From Phoronis australis (Eukaryota > Animalia > Phoronida), in NCBI GenBank assembly GCA_002633005.1, contig NMRA01000137.1, positions 496,001-560,000 on the forward strand: a stretch of 64,000 nucleotides of DNA, in the 5' to 3' direction. Of this stretch, positions 37,143 to 49,200 are shown one piece after another (positions within the stretch are counted from its first letter, which is position 1; each line of letters begins with the position of its first letter). Position numbers and translations under genes: made by a program. The notes under the pieces are model-generated. The model was given only the letters and a program-made list of their open reading frames with translations. It was not told the DNA's origin and ran no database searches.

Positions 37143-37233
37143 TTAAGGCTCGTAAGCCTTATTTTCGTGACCTCGTCTCCTCTTGTTGACACCAGGATCG
37201 CTGCGCCTGCCCTTGCAACTCCGTGGTCTAACC
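37143..37233 (-). CDS. HEPH: Hephaestin-like last exon, cytoplasmic tail RVRPRSCKGRRSDPGVNKRRRGHENKAYEP*
   Basis: Acceptor tgtttcag, phase 2; stop at 37143-37145; AATAAA on - strand at 36629-36634 and 36565-36570. Confidence 0.8.
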
Positions 37234-40200
37234 CTGAAACAGTTAGTAATTTATAAATACACACTCGTTTTCATTCAAAGACTTGACTCTACGGTCAACT
37301 GTACCAATTTTCACATAAGTGTCCTTACATTACGAGGCGTTTTACATCGAGTCTAAGCGGAGACTTGCACAAAACTTACGACTGATTGCAAATTTCCTTT
37401 AGACTCTACGTAAAATCTTGGTTCAGTTCTGTGAATTTAATTTCCACCTATGCATGAAATATGGTGAAAGCGGCAAGTAAATGTAAATGCCTCGTTAGGG
37501 ACAGGAAAAAACGAGTACGGTATCGCAAATTAGGAATGATACTTACCTGACGAATACGGCAAGAAGTGCAATTACTATTAATAAGGCAACTGCTGCGACA
37601 ATGATGACTGCAGCAAGGCTCCCATCCTGTACCGGGCTTTCGCTTAGACTTTCTTTGTTGGTCCCATTTTTACCTAAGAAGATAATATTGTGTATTGGAA
37701 ACAGGAAACCTGTAGAAGTAGCCGAACGGAAAAACTGATTCTCACTTTAATATCAAGAGCGAAAGTGAAAATTTCACTGTTTAAATTTCACAAAAAGACA
37801 ATCATATTCTTGATGTTTACTCACAATATTGATTTACAAGAAAGCTATATTTCCATTGTCAAGCATATCATTCGACTCCATTAGTTTCAAAGGCATCAAG
37901 ACATAAGTATGAATAGATATTTTCTCAAACTTTGCAGCATAAGCCCATTCAATTCACCTCGGGTATTTTCTTAGCCTCAAAACTACCCTCAGAAGTGAAC
38001 CCTATCTGTGCAGTCATACGGTACGACGTCTGACTTTTAAACTGGAGAATGGTTTGGCCGCAGCACTGGGGTTCGTGGATGTGCAGATAACGTACATCTC
38101 AGAAAATTCGAGGCTACGATAATACCCGAGGTATTACGGGTGGTTTTACACTCCCGTAGTCGAATCCAAGTCATTCCAAAATCAAGGCAGCAAGATTGCG
38201 TAATACATTTTACTCCATTCAATGTCACGAAGTATTGGTGAAGCAGAAAAAATGTAATATACGTAACGGTACCGATTACCTACGACTAGAGGTATAACAT
38301 TTAATAAAACCATGGACTTCTCATATATCCATGGCAGGTACCCGGGTAATAGGGCCTGACGTCAGAGCAAGTAGAGAGGGAATCACAACGCTGGTGTAAT
38401 GGCACTGATTTTTAACGAGGAAACGATGAACTAGAAATGATTACGAAGACAACTGGACCTCGGCCGAGAGGCGAAATGGAGAGTCGCGAACAACACTCAT
38501 AGTACGCAGATCTTCACAAAAAGGCAGAATCACGTCCCCAGAACACTTCAGGTTTACAGCAACGTCGGCGCCAGTACAGCTTGCGTACACTCTACATTAT
38601 GTTACTTGTCCGCCAGGTTCTGACATTTGTAACCTACTTATGTCAGGAAAGTTGGGGTCGGAAAAAGTTTATTGTTTCGAGAATCTTTGAAGGTGCACAC
38701 AAAATGTAAAACGACGGTTTCACACCGAATGTTGAATTGATTGAACCATTGATGTAAGACCTAGAACCACACGGTCGGACTTTCGGCGCGATCGACCAGG
38801 CCGTCTCAGAGCATTAGATGTTAGTTACAAAATTTTGCTTAGGGTATTTATAGATACATGAGCTCATTCAGGTGATCAAACGAGCCCAGAATTCCGTACT
38901 CACCGGAAGTTAGTTGATTTTTAGTCACAGTGTAAGTCATTTCCATGCCAGCACTAAGATGATCATCAACATGACAATGCAGTAACCATTCTCCTGGGTT
39001 CACAGCTTCCATGAGGACCGTCTCAAAAGTACCAGGGACGACGGTGATGACATCTGCCATGTGGACACTTCCGGTTTTGTGTTTCACCGTTTGGCCGTGA
39101 AAATGCACCGTATGGACATCGACCTCTGTTCCGAATCCAATCAGATACCAGAAGGCTACATCGCTTTGATTCATCGTTAACGGTACGATGTTGTTAAAAA
39201 TGTAACCATTTATACCTGCAAATATAAAAACCAGAGATTCGAAATAATTGATTTTTTTCAAAACTAAGAGTCTTCGATGGTTAAAGTGCCTATGTGCTTC
39301 ATCATCAAGTAAAATCGGAAACAATGACTTTGTGGTTCGTTTGCTGCCTGAAAATTCCACAGTATAGCTCGATTATACGTCGCTGCACATAACACTCGCC
39401 ATGAGTTAATAATAAATTGGCGTTATAAGAATTGTAGACTAATTACTCTTGAGACGCCACTGGGCAAATCCCCCTCCCGACCTCCACCCATTTGATGCTA
39501 TGCACATCTACAATCCTGGTTTGCGCAAATGCTTGCAGACAAATTGTTGCCCGCCCCCTTGTGATATCCTAGATCCGCCACTGGCTTTTCTGCTTTACTT
39601 CGACTGCTGAACTGCTTTTCTTTTTCTCCGGCTGCTGAACTTTTAACTGACTAATACAAACCCGTGCTTGTGTATTTATAGACTAATGCAATGTTATAGA
39701 ACTTTCCGGAATCTACCCAATCATACTACAAACATATACTAGTCTCTAGAATATTCCAAACTACATTAATCACTGTCATGTTGGAGTCTTTTAGAAAGTT
39801 CCACACTATGCTCAGTAGTAAGCAAATTACGTCATCACTGTACTGAACTCAGGGGTCATGCCCATCAATAACACAAACAGAACAATAAAACAAATTAAAC
39901 CAAGAACATTGTCAGTTTAAATTCTGACACGATCGAAACCCCGTCCAACGTGACCACCACGTAAAACTATGCGTATGTCGACAGAAACCACGTCCAACGG
40001 AACCACCAAGTATGTCGATCAAAACCCCGGTCAACGTGACCACCGCGTATATGCCCGTCGATCAAAACCCCGTCCAACGTGACCACCACGTATGCGTATG
40101 TCGATCAAAACCCCGACCAACGTGACCACCACGTACGAGCATTGCCTCAGCTTCGTTCAGAAACACAAATACTATACAAACCATGCATTAAGTTGCTTTC

Positions 40201-43200
40201 TTTGAAATCTTCATTGTCCTTTTCCACTTCACAAGGTTCTATGCAGTTTTTTTTAATATTCTCATCGAGGTACCAGCTCTCGCTTTCATCAGTTACGGTG
40301 AAGAGCAGAGCAAATTCTCTGTCGACGGTTTTTGCGTTCAGCGATTTTCCTAGCGTTCCAGGTCTGCACACAATTAGTGGACCAATAAGACCCGAGTTCG
40401 TGTCTCTCACGAGGTCAATGGATGAAGTATACGCCCACGTGGTACAATTTAAGTCACCATCACCTGGACCAGACCTCGGTGGAATTTTCCACGTATAATT
40501 ATACGTGGCTCCTGCGGCCACTTCACCTCTATCTACAAAACAAATGAGCAACATATTGTTTGTTGTGTAGTTATACGTAGTCAGAGGAAACAAAATGAGA
40601 AAGGGTGGCCATGTTATTTTTACGCACATGTGAACAGTGGGCCTACGTGTATTGGAAGTTTCCACAACTCAAGATTATAGCACGTGCATTGATTTCAAAT
40701 AGACAGAAATGTGCAAAACGTTGCAAGTGCACATAGTCTTTTGAGTCATTTGTTAAAACTGTTAATAGATATTCGGTTATCTGATAGGCATACTGATAGG
40801 CTTTCACATAACACATGTTACAGGTCTGTAGCACTTATAAGTTAGGGGCAATCCCTTTTAGATATCTAGTAGCCCTTTTAAGGAAAAACCTTTCCAAAAT
40901 CTTACTAGACTTTGAAAAGGCTTTCTACCACCCCTAAATACAGCCAGACCAGTAATATCTGTTTACGCCAACGCCTACAACGTTCGTTTTCTCTGCATCG
41001 AAACGGGTAACTGAAAATCTTCATTCGATGTCATTTGGCTCATACGTGCAGATCCGTCTTCGTATGATGAACCCTCCGAATCCTTTTTGTAGAAGACACC
41101 GTGTGGATGAATGGAGTACGGTCTCGACGCAGCATTGTTTTTGAAGACAACTACAATAGTGTCACCGACCTCGGCTTTGATAAACGGTCCCAGCATGCCC
41201 AAGTGTAAATCACGATCACTCCGCGGCTTTTGCTTGCTGAACGTTGAATCAGTGAATTCCCGATACAGTGCTTTCTGGTAGACTTTGCCCAGAGTTTTGG
41301 ACGACCGGTTTGTGAATACTTCACTGTGACTGCAAGAAAAGCAAACTGATCATTAAACAATGTGTTCGAAGACAGTGTTTGCCATTTCATGGGATACACA
41401 TAAACGAAAATGAAATGCGTATTACGTATTACTATAGGTGTTCGCGTTCTATGAATGAACGATTTCCCCTTATAATCTGTGTGACGCCTCAATCTTGCAG
41501 ATCAGGTCCAAACGCTCGATCACGTGACGCGTTTCTTTCTCTGGACTGCAATATCCTAGATTTTTTTTGAATAAGTAAATATTTTATTTCTCAAAAGAAG
41601 GAAAGTAACAGCAAATGGTAACTAATAACTATTTAGTAATGGAAAAGGTACAACATTCACACACCATCCTTTCATACACCCACGCACTCTTAATGTACAT
41701 CTTATTTCCAAAATTGTACACGAACCAATAACTATTTATCTATATAAGTATTTACCAAAGGGCTTTCCAAAAGGTGAAATTCAGGGGGTTTTTAAACTGA
41801 TGATCAGCTTTCGTCTAACTTTGGTATAATGGTAGAAGGAATACAAAAAATTTTCAAAAGTATGCTTGCTGTGGTCCAAAGATGATTGAAATATAAAGTA
41901 CTGACATGAAGTTAGTACAGTATTAGTCCCTTCAAAATTGGGTCCAAAATACACGTTTAAAATGTTATTCTTTACTAAATCTATGGTTTGTTTTGTTATA
42001 TTACTTAACAAAGCTTGAACTTTGGACCGCGGCGCCTGTACAAGTGAACAATCACAAAACAAATGATCAAAAGTTTCAACAGCATTACAAGACAAACAAC
42101 TATTAGCTCTTATAATATTCATCTTTTTCAAGAGATACTTTGCGTGAACTTTTCTATGCATATTATATTTAAAAGTTTTAACTTTGGCAAGGAGTACAAG
42201 TCTGAATGGCAACGCGTAAATCTTTCCAATTTGTTGGTCTGAATTAATTTCACTTAATCTGTGTTCTACGTCAGGTTGTGAAATAGATTTGTATAAAAAG
42301 TATTTTTTTAATAATTTATTATCAGTCATAAAACAGTACAAAGACAAACAAACAAATAAGTACATCCATTCATTCACGCATGCACACCTCAGGAAAGACC
42401 ATTCTCGTATCTCGTTTAAAGTAAATAACTTCTACATGTAGTTAACGTGAACACCGAAATTTTCCCATTTCGCAGAGAAGCTTTCATATACAAAGTTTTT
42501 GTATGCAATTAATTTTTCAGCATTGTAGTACTCATAAGTATATGTAACAAACCTGTGAAAATTAGGTATATTTTTGTGTTAAAAAGAAAATCATGCGTCT
42601 CGTAAAGTCCAAGCATAACTCGATCGTAAGAGAGACTGTTGGGAAGCTGAATGCGACACTTTTGCATTAGCTGTCCGAATTCCTTCCAGAAATCTTGTAC
42701 AATGCGATATTCCCAAAAAAGGTGTGACAGCGTCTCTGGAGCTTTATTACAAAAGGAACATAAATTAGAATCCCGAACACGGATTTTGACTAAAAAGGTA
42801 TTTGTTGCGATAATCCTGTGTAGTATTCTAACTTGGAACCATCTAATGTTGGGATCCTTTGTAATTTCATAAGGCAATGCGTATATTTCTTCCAATTTAA
42901 ACTATCTCCTAACTCTATTTCCCATTTACTCTCTGACTTAGAAGGTTTCTTAACGTCATTAAAGACTGAGAAAATGTGTCTACAACCCTTAAAATCTTTC
43001 CGTAAGTGAATGATTGCAGACATTAACACTTTTAAATTTACTTTGAAATAGACTTGTTTGAAACCTTCTTAGAACGGAAACAACACCATAATATTCTACA
43101 AAGTTAGTTTTTACATCGAACTTATTTTTCATATGGTTCAAACTAACGAAATCACCGTCAGAGGTATACATATCTCTAATAAATCTTAAGCCTTTTACAA

Positions 43201-46200
43201 ACTAAGGCTTATAAAAAACACTTGTGCCTCCGATCGCCAAGTTACTATTAAACCTCAAAGGTTGATTCAAAAAGTCCTCCTTACTTGCAACAATTATTTT
43301 CTTGTAAAAATATGTCATACTTCCAAATACTTCGCGCCAGCAGGAATTACCAATTAGAGCTAACTTCGACTTAATAAAGTCATCTCCAAATGAAGCAAAA
43401 TTCTTTAAGAACGGGTAGAGTGAGTACAGTAATTCACCACTTTTAGACGCAGGGCTTTCAAGATATCTATGGGCCATAGCGAGTTTTAAAGCTTTGCTAA
43501 AAGTATGCATATTAATCATTTGAAGTCCCCCTTGCATGATCAATTCCTAAACAGGCCGTGGTTTGTTTTATTTTATCATGACGAGCCTGCCACACAAATC
43601 TAAAAAATGTCGTATTCAAATCATCCAAGACTTTTACTGGTGGATTTTGTAAAGTTGACAACAAAAATTTAAGTTTAGAAATAGCTAATGTTTTAATTAC
43701 CGTTACTGTACCAAACGGCGTTAAATTTCATCGACTCCAACTTTTCAATAAAAGCTTAATCTCAGTTATTCTTGCAGTGAAGTTCTTAATTTTTATTTGA
43801 TTGTATATTAATCTGGCTGTACTGAAAGTCGTCCATTGAATTTGTCTTGGAAGTGTTCATTCTATTAGGTAACTTAAGTGCATTCATCAAAGCATACTAT
43901 TGTAACCAACTGGAGAATTTGTATCTTAGCTTCAAAACTTCCCAAGACAAAAACTTGTTTTGAACATCTAATATATCTTTTACATAAACTATACCAGCTT
44001 TGTACAACCCGCTGAAAAACACAGATTTGCCATCAACCAAAATATTTCTGTTGTTCCATATTACCTGTCCAATAACATCAATTTCGCTGTGTAAGACAAC
44101 GCTAACATTTTTCCATGCGTCCAACAAGTCACAATAAAAGTTGGTGGTATTATCCAAACACAACAACTTGGCAGAAAATTTTGATTTAAAAAGCAATGCA
44201 CACCCTTACCTCATAAAAAGGAAATTTGGAAAGGCTTTCCAGTATTTTTTTCTCCTTCTACATAACGCTGAACCCATTTTACTAACAATGAGTAATAGAT
44301 AACATTTATATCTGGTACTACCAAGCCACCATCTGCACGGGTATTTACTGGCACACTTCTCTTCACACTAGGAGTCTTATTTTGCCAAACAAAATCAGAT
44401 ATCAAAGAATTAATGTGTTCTCTACGAGCAGTATCAATACCCAAATTATTGATGACATAAATAATTTTAGATAAGGCGAAAGTTTTTAACGTCAATTCTG
44501 CCCAATAAATTAATATTGCGGCGCTTCCAAAAGCCCAGAGTTTTCTTAAAACTTTTAACTTTGAAATCATAATTTAATTGATCATTTTCCTTTTTATTGT
44601 GGCCAAAAAATCTCTATACACTTGATTGGCTTGCCAGTACATTTAAACCCGTGCAATTGCTCACATTTTTATAATTTAATTTAAAACCAGAAACCTGGCC
44701 AAACTTATCCAAAAATTGAAGACAATTAAATCCTGAAACTTTATAGTCTAAAAATATTGTTGTGTCATCCGCATACCGGACAAGCTTTATTTCAGTATTA
44801 GCAATTTCTATTCCGGAAATAACATCACTTGATCTGATATAATTTGCCATGACCTCAACTGCTTAGCAAAACAAGGGGTCAGAGAGTGAGTCTCCCTGTT
44901 GCACTCCACGTTAGAGTGGAAAATATCTGGTAGTAAAGCCGTTGTTGATTACGCAAGCCATTGGGCTCTTATATATTATTTGGATCCATTTTCTGAAAAC
45001 AGAGCCAAATTTAAATGCGTTCAAATTTTTTGAAAGAATGTCCCATGAAAGTGCATCGAATGCTTTACAAAAATCTAAGAAACGGATACTGCCTTGACAA
45101 TTTTGACTATTGGTATAGGAAATGATGTCTTGTATAATGCGGATGTTAAATCCAATATATCTACCTTTTACTCCTGTTTGATTTTCATGGACTAACTTAT
45201 CAATAACGCTATTTAATGGAAGTGTAAGGACCTTCGTAAACAATTTGTAGTCAACGTTTAGTAACGATATGAGTCGCCAATTATTTAATGACAGCAGTTC
45301 AGTCTTATCTTCTTGGATTTGGGGAGGAGGGTAATCACCCCTTGCCTTTGTGATGGTGATAGGTCGCAAACTTTAAAACTATACTCAAAAGCTTCCAGTA
45401 AAGGCCCTGTGACTTCCTGCCAGATGACAACTGAATGGTCTCAAACTTGAACAGTAAGGAGAGTCATGAAGAAACATTATCTCATAAGTGCACAATAATT
45501 CCTCTCGAGTTGATTTCCGTAAACAAACACGACAGACAGATTAAGCCAACATTGTTTCAGTTAGGTTACAGGACATTAAATGATCACGATACGTGCCAAG
45601 GTAAATAGAACGTTTCTTCGCACTGGTGAAACACCTTACCTTCCTGCTTCCGTTAGAGAACTGTTGAAGATCAGATTCTTGTTACTTGGTGCATAGTCCC
45701 ACTCCATCTCTACAACCGCTATGTAGTAGTACCTCGTGACCCCGTTGTATTGCGGGTTATCTTGATTTGTCTTATTACAGTCATTCACCTCGAATAGTGA
45801 CACCATGCCAGCGTTATAATGGTCATTGGTGTGACAGACCAACGCCCATGAACCTAAAACGGTTTGAAGACGTTATTACCTTTTTGTTTAGACCACTTTT
45901 CCCCAAAAATAGTTCCTGCGTTTTCCATACTCAAGATGATTTAGAGGTGATTTCTAGTCTGGTGAAAACTAATGGTGCACTATATTCTGTAAGACCGAGC
46001 CAAATAAGTTGGAAGGACGGATGTATACTTGCAAAGCATGGTCTCGAGTTGTTTTCAAGCAAAGAATCAACTAGCCGAGAAGGGTCGGAAGTAACTTAAA
46101 AACCTCCAGGCTTTTTTCACCACAGAATTTACTGCTCATCTTAGTAGACAAATTGAAACCTGTTTTACAGCTGTAGCACTCTATGTATTATTTATGAAGT

Positions 46201-49200
46201 AACAAAGAAAATCATGTTCTGGTGCAAGCGCACATGTCATGTAGGTGTGTCAGAGTATAACTTCGTATATTTGGAAAGGACAAAATCTGAAATCATACGC
46301 ACGACCGACACTACTTGCCGAGAACTCACAATTCACCAGAGGCGCCTAGTGAGTGGCGCCGGTTTTACTTCCGGGAAGTAAGTCGTCTTTTCACAACATC
46401 GAAAAGTGGCGCCACTTCACAGAATTTCATATGAAAAGACCACAAATGTGAATCTATTGTCAATGTTGTACAGTCATAAAGAGGATTCAAAGAGTGGCAG
46501 CAAAAATGAAAAGTCAGTCTGCGCACAGAGGCGGCCATTTGGCATAACAAACCTCTGAAATAAGTAGTTGCATTTCGAACATGTTTCGATCCCAACGTTG
46601 AATTCTTAAACAAAGCGTAGCTCTTTTAAAAGTCCCCATGCTCATGAATCATTGTCGAATGAGCGAGCATTAAATAAAAAGAAATGCGTACTCGAGCCAA
46701 TTTCGAATTCAAAGTTTAGGGTTGGCCAACCTCAAGAGAAGTTATCTAGAACCACTGATGGATTCGACGTTCTTGTAGGTAACGAAAACATGATCTTATT
46801 GTGGTGTGAAAGCAATTGTATGGCAGTTTAATGCCTAATTATGTTTTTTATTCCCAGATGAATTGGGTAAAGTCCAGCATTATGCGTGGTAGGCATTGAT
46901 TTTATCAAATAAAGTTCACACATTGCAGACCACAAAGAGGCTGACTGAACACCAGAAGGTCCCAAGCAGCTCAGTGACTTTCATCGCTTTGGCGGGCGAT
47001 TCATCAATAACTTGGCCTGTTCTCAAAATTGTACAAAATCTACAATTTCGTGCGGGCATATTTTGGCGACATTTCTCCTGTTGTTAGGAATTACAGAAAA
47101 GTAGACCACCCATATCAAACGAATAATTTTTCTTGGTACCGACAATATATCATTTCGTTCAAGAAAATTGTTACGGTCACACAATGTTTTTACAATTGAA
47201 GATCCAGTGGGTTATCTGGAACTGTTTGTGGGCCATTTATTTTCCAGTAGCACGAAACCAGCCAACTAAATACGAGTATGCACAGCGTACACCACAATTC
47301 TTTTTTATCAATTAATATTAGACACTCTGTATTGCGTGGTCTATTGTAGTCATAACACGGAATAGTGTCAAGTGTTCTTTCAACCATCGAATATTGGTGT
47401 TACTCTTTGAACGGCAGAACACAATTTCGGAAAACCGATATTTCGTTCGAAGAGTAGCTTGCCCGCTTGACCTATGTACACGTGACCTATTCATAAACAC
47501 ACCAATAGCTGTTGAAATTTGCTTGTAAAATTGTTTAAATAAAAACGAATGCCCAACATTTTCCATTATCCGAACGTTAGAAAAAAATATGTTAATTTAC
47601 TTTGGTCGACATGTGCATTTTGTATTCAGGCAGTCGGTAGGTGGAGGTTGATTTGAGTCACCAAGTTCGGATAGAAGTGGACATTTTCATTGTTTAAATT
47701 CCGAGTTCTATCATCTTTTTAATTTTTTATTCGCCTGAAAAATGCCGAAAATAAGCCTGACATTATTGAGTACCACAACAAAGCTGACCTTCATTGTCAG
47801 GGGTCATGGAGAATGTTGCTGCTTGGCCAGGTATGATCGATATTGAATCTCTTGTCGAGCTTCCAACGTTGAACGTCTGCCCGTGGAATGAGACGGAGTG
47901 AAGGTCAACCTCAGTACCGATCGACATCACGTGCCACGAGACTTTGTCGTTTTTACACATTTCAAGACCTTGGAGGTTTGCGTACAGGTAACCGTTGATT
48001 CCTATGGAATAAAAGAGTAATGGTTCAACGCATACATGGTGTCCCAAAAATGTTAACAAAAGAATCTAAAACGCATGAGTACCAGAAATTGGTTTTGCAG
48101 GGAATTACCGGTGGCAAAACCTCAACTTTCCGGGAACCTTGTAATTTATTTGCAGGGTGTTTTTGTAATACTGGATGTGCCGATTCGAATGAGGCTGAGT
48201 GGCCATTTGCCACTGGCTTGAAGTTCTCACAATCCAATCCAATATGGCCGACAGGATGGGAATCAAAATTTTATGAAAACTTTTAAACTAAATACAATAA
48301 AGTGGATTTTGACACCAGTGCTTATGTTTTCAACAACGAGCAAACCGATTCTGTTATCATTTTGTAAACTGGAAGTAAGCAAAACGATTACAATTCGAAT
48401 TAGAACACAAAAACGCATGCATGCATGCGCATATTAATGTTTAGTGTATGTCTATGACGACGTGTGTACGTGTGCGTGTCCACGTGGGGGGGCGTGCGCG
48501 TGTGTGTGTGTGTATGTATATATACAACATCTGAATTTCGTTAAAAACACAAGCTACACTTTTTGCATGAAAGCTTGATACAGAGTCGCTCGAAGCGTCG
48601 AAACAATCTCCATTCTTCAGGTGTGCAGCTATGTAGCAAAACACCGAGAGACATAATAAACAAATTAAACACTAGTTATAACTAGGCAAGAAATAGTAAA
48701 CAATACCATCATTCGCTATGTTGAAAATGACACATTTCGGTTAATATTTTAATCCCTATTGATCAGTCACGAAAAACCTGTGTTGAATGAGCAGGATTCC
48801 TACCATGAGTTGCTTTCACATTCTCTGCTTGTATGCCCCTCCTCCTGCCGTCACGTGTTTTTCACTGTTTATTTCGCTTCGTATATGCTCATTCCACTTA
48901 TTGCCTGGTGATGAGATATGCATTCTTGAAATGCAGCCAGTGTTTTAATTTGTTTGTTGTATGTTGCTCTTCCACTAAGTTTTTTACTTGTTTTTTTTTT
49001 GGTTGTTCGCACGATACAGGTCGCAATTTTGGTTCGATCATCACGAAATTTACACATAACACGTACTTTCGGAAATACTGGAAGCCTGTTGTTTTTCGTC
49101 AAAATCGAATCCAAGATGGCGGCTGTGGCGGCCATTTTGTTTTCATTTAAAGGTTCAAATACTTCTGGAGGGTACAATTTTTTACGTAAAAGGCTAAGAA

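Noticed and set aside
25827-37143. Functional link between the CUB-like receptors and the ferroxidase
   Set aside because: Only convergent adjacency ~11 kb apart; neighbourhood is weak evidence in animal genomes without synteny or co-expression data.
38770-38815. Second hammerhead-like motif on - strand (ctgagacggc...gccgaaa)
   Set aside because: Core does not match CUGANGA and there is no supporting Penelope ORF nearby.
39930-40137. Repeat with variable linkers as CRISPR-like
   Set aside because: Linkers are short variants of each other; this is a degenerate minisatellite.
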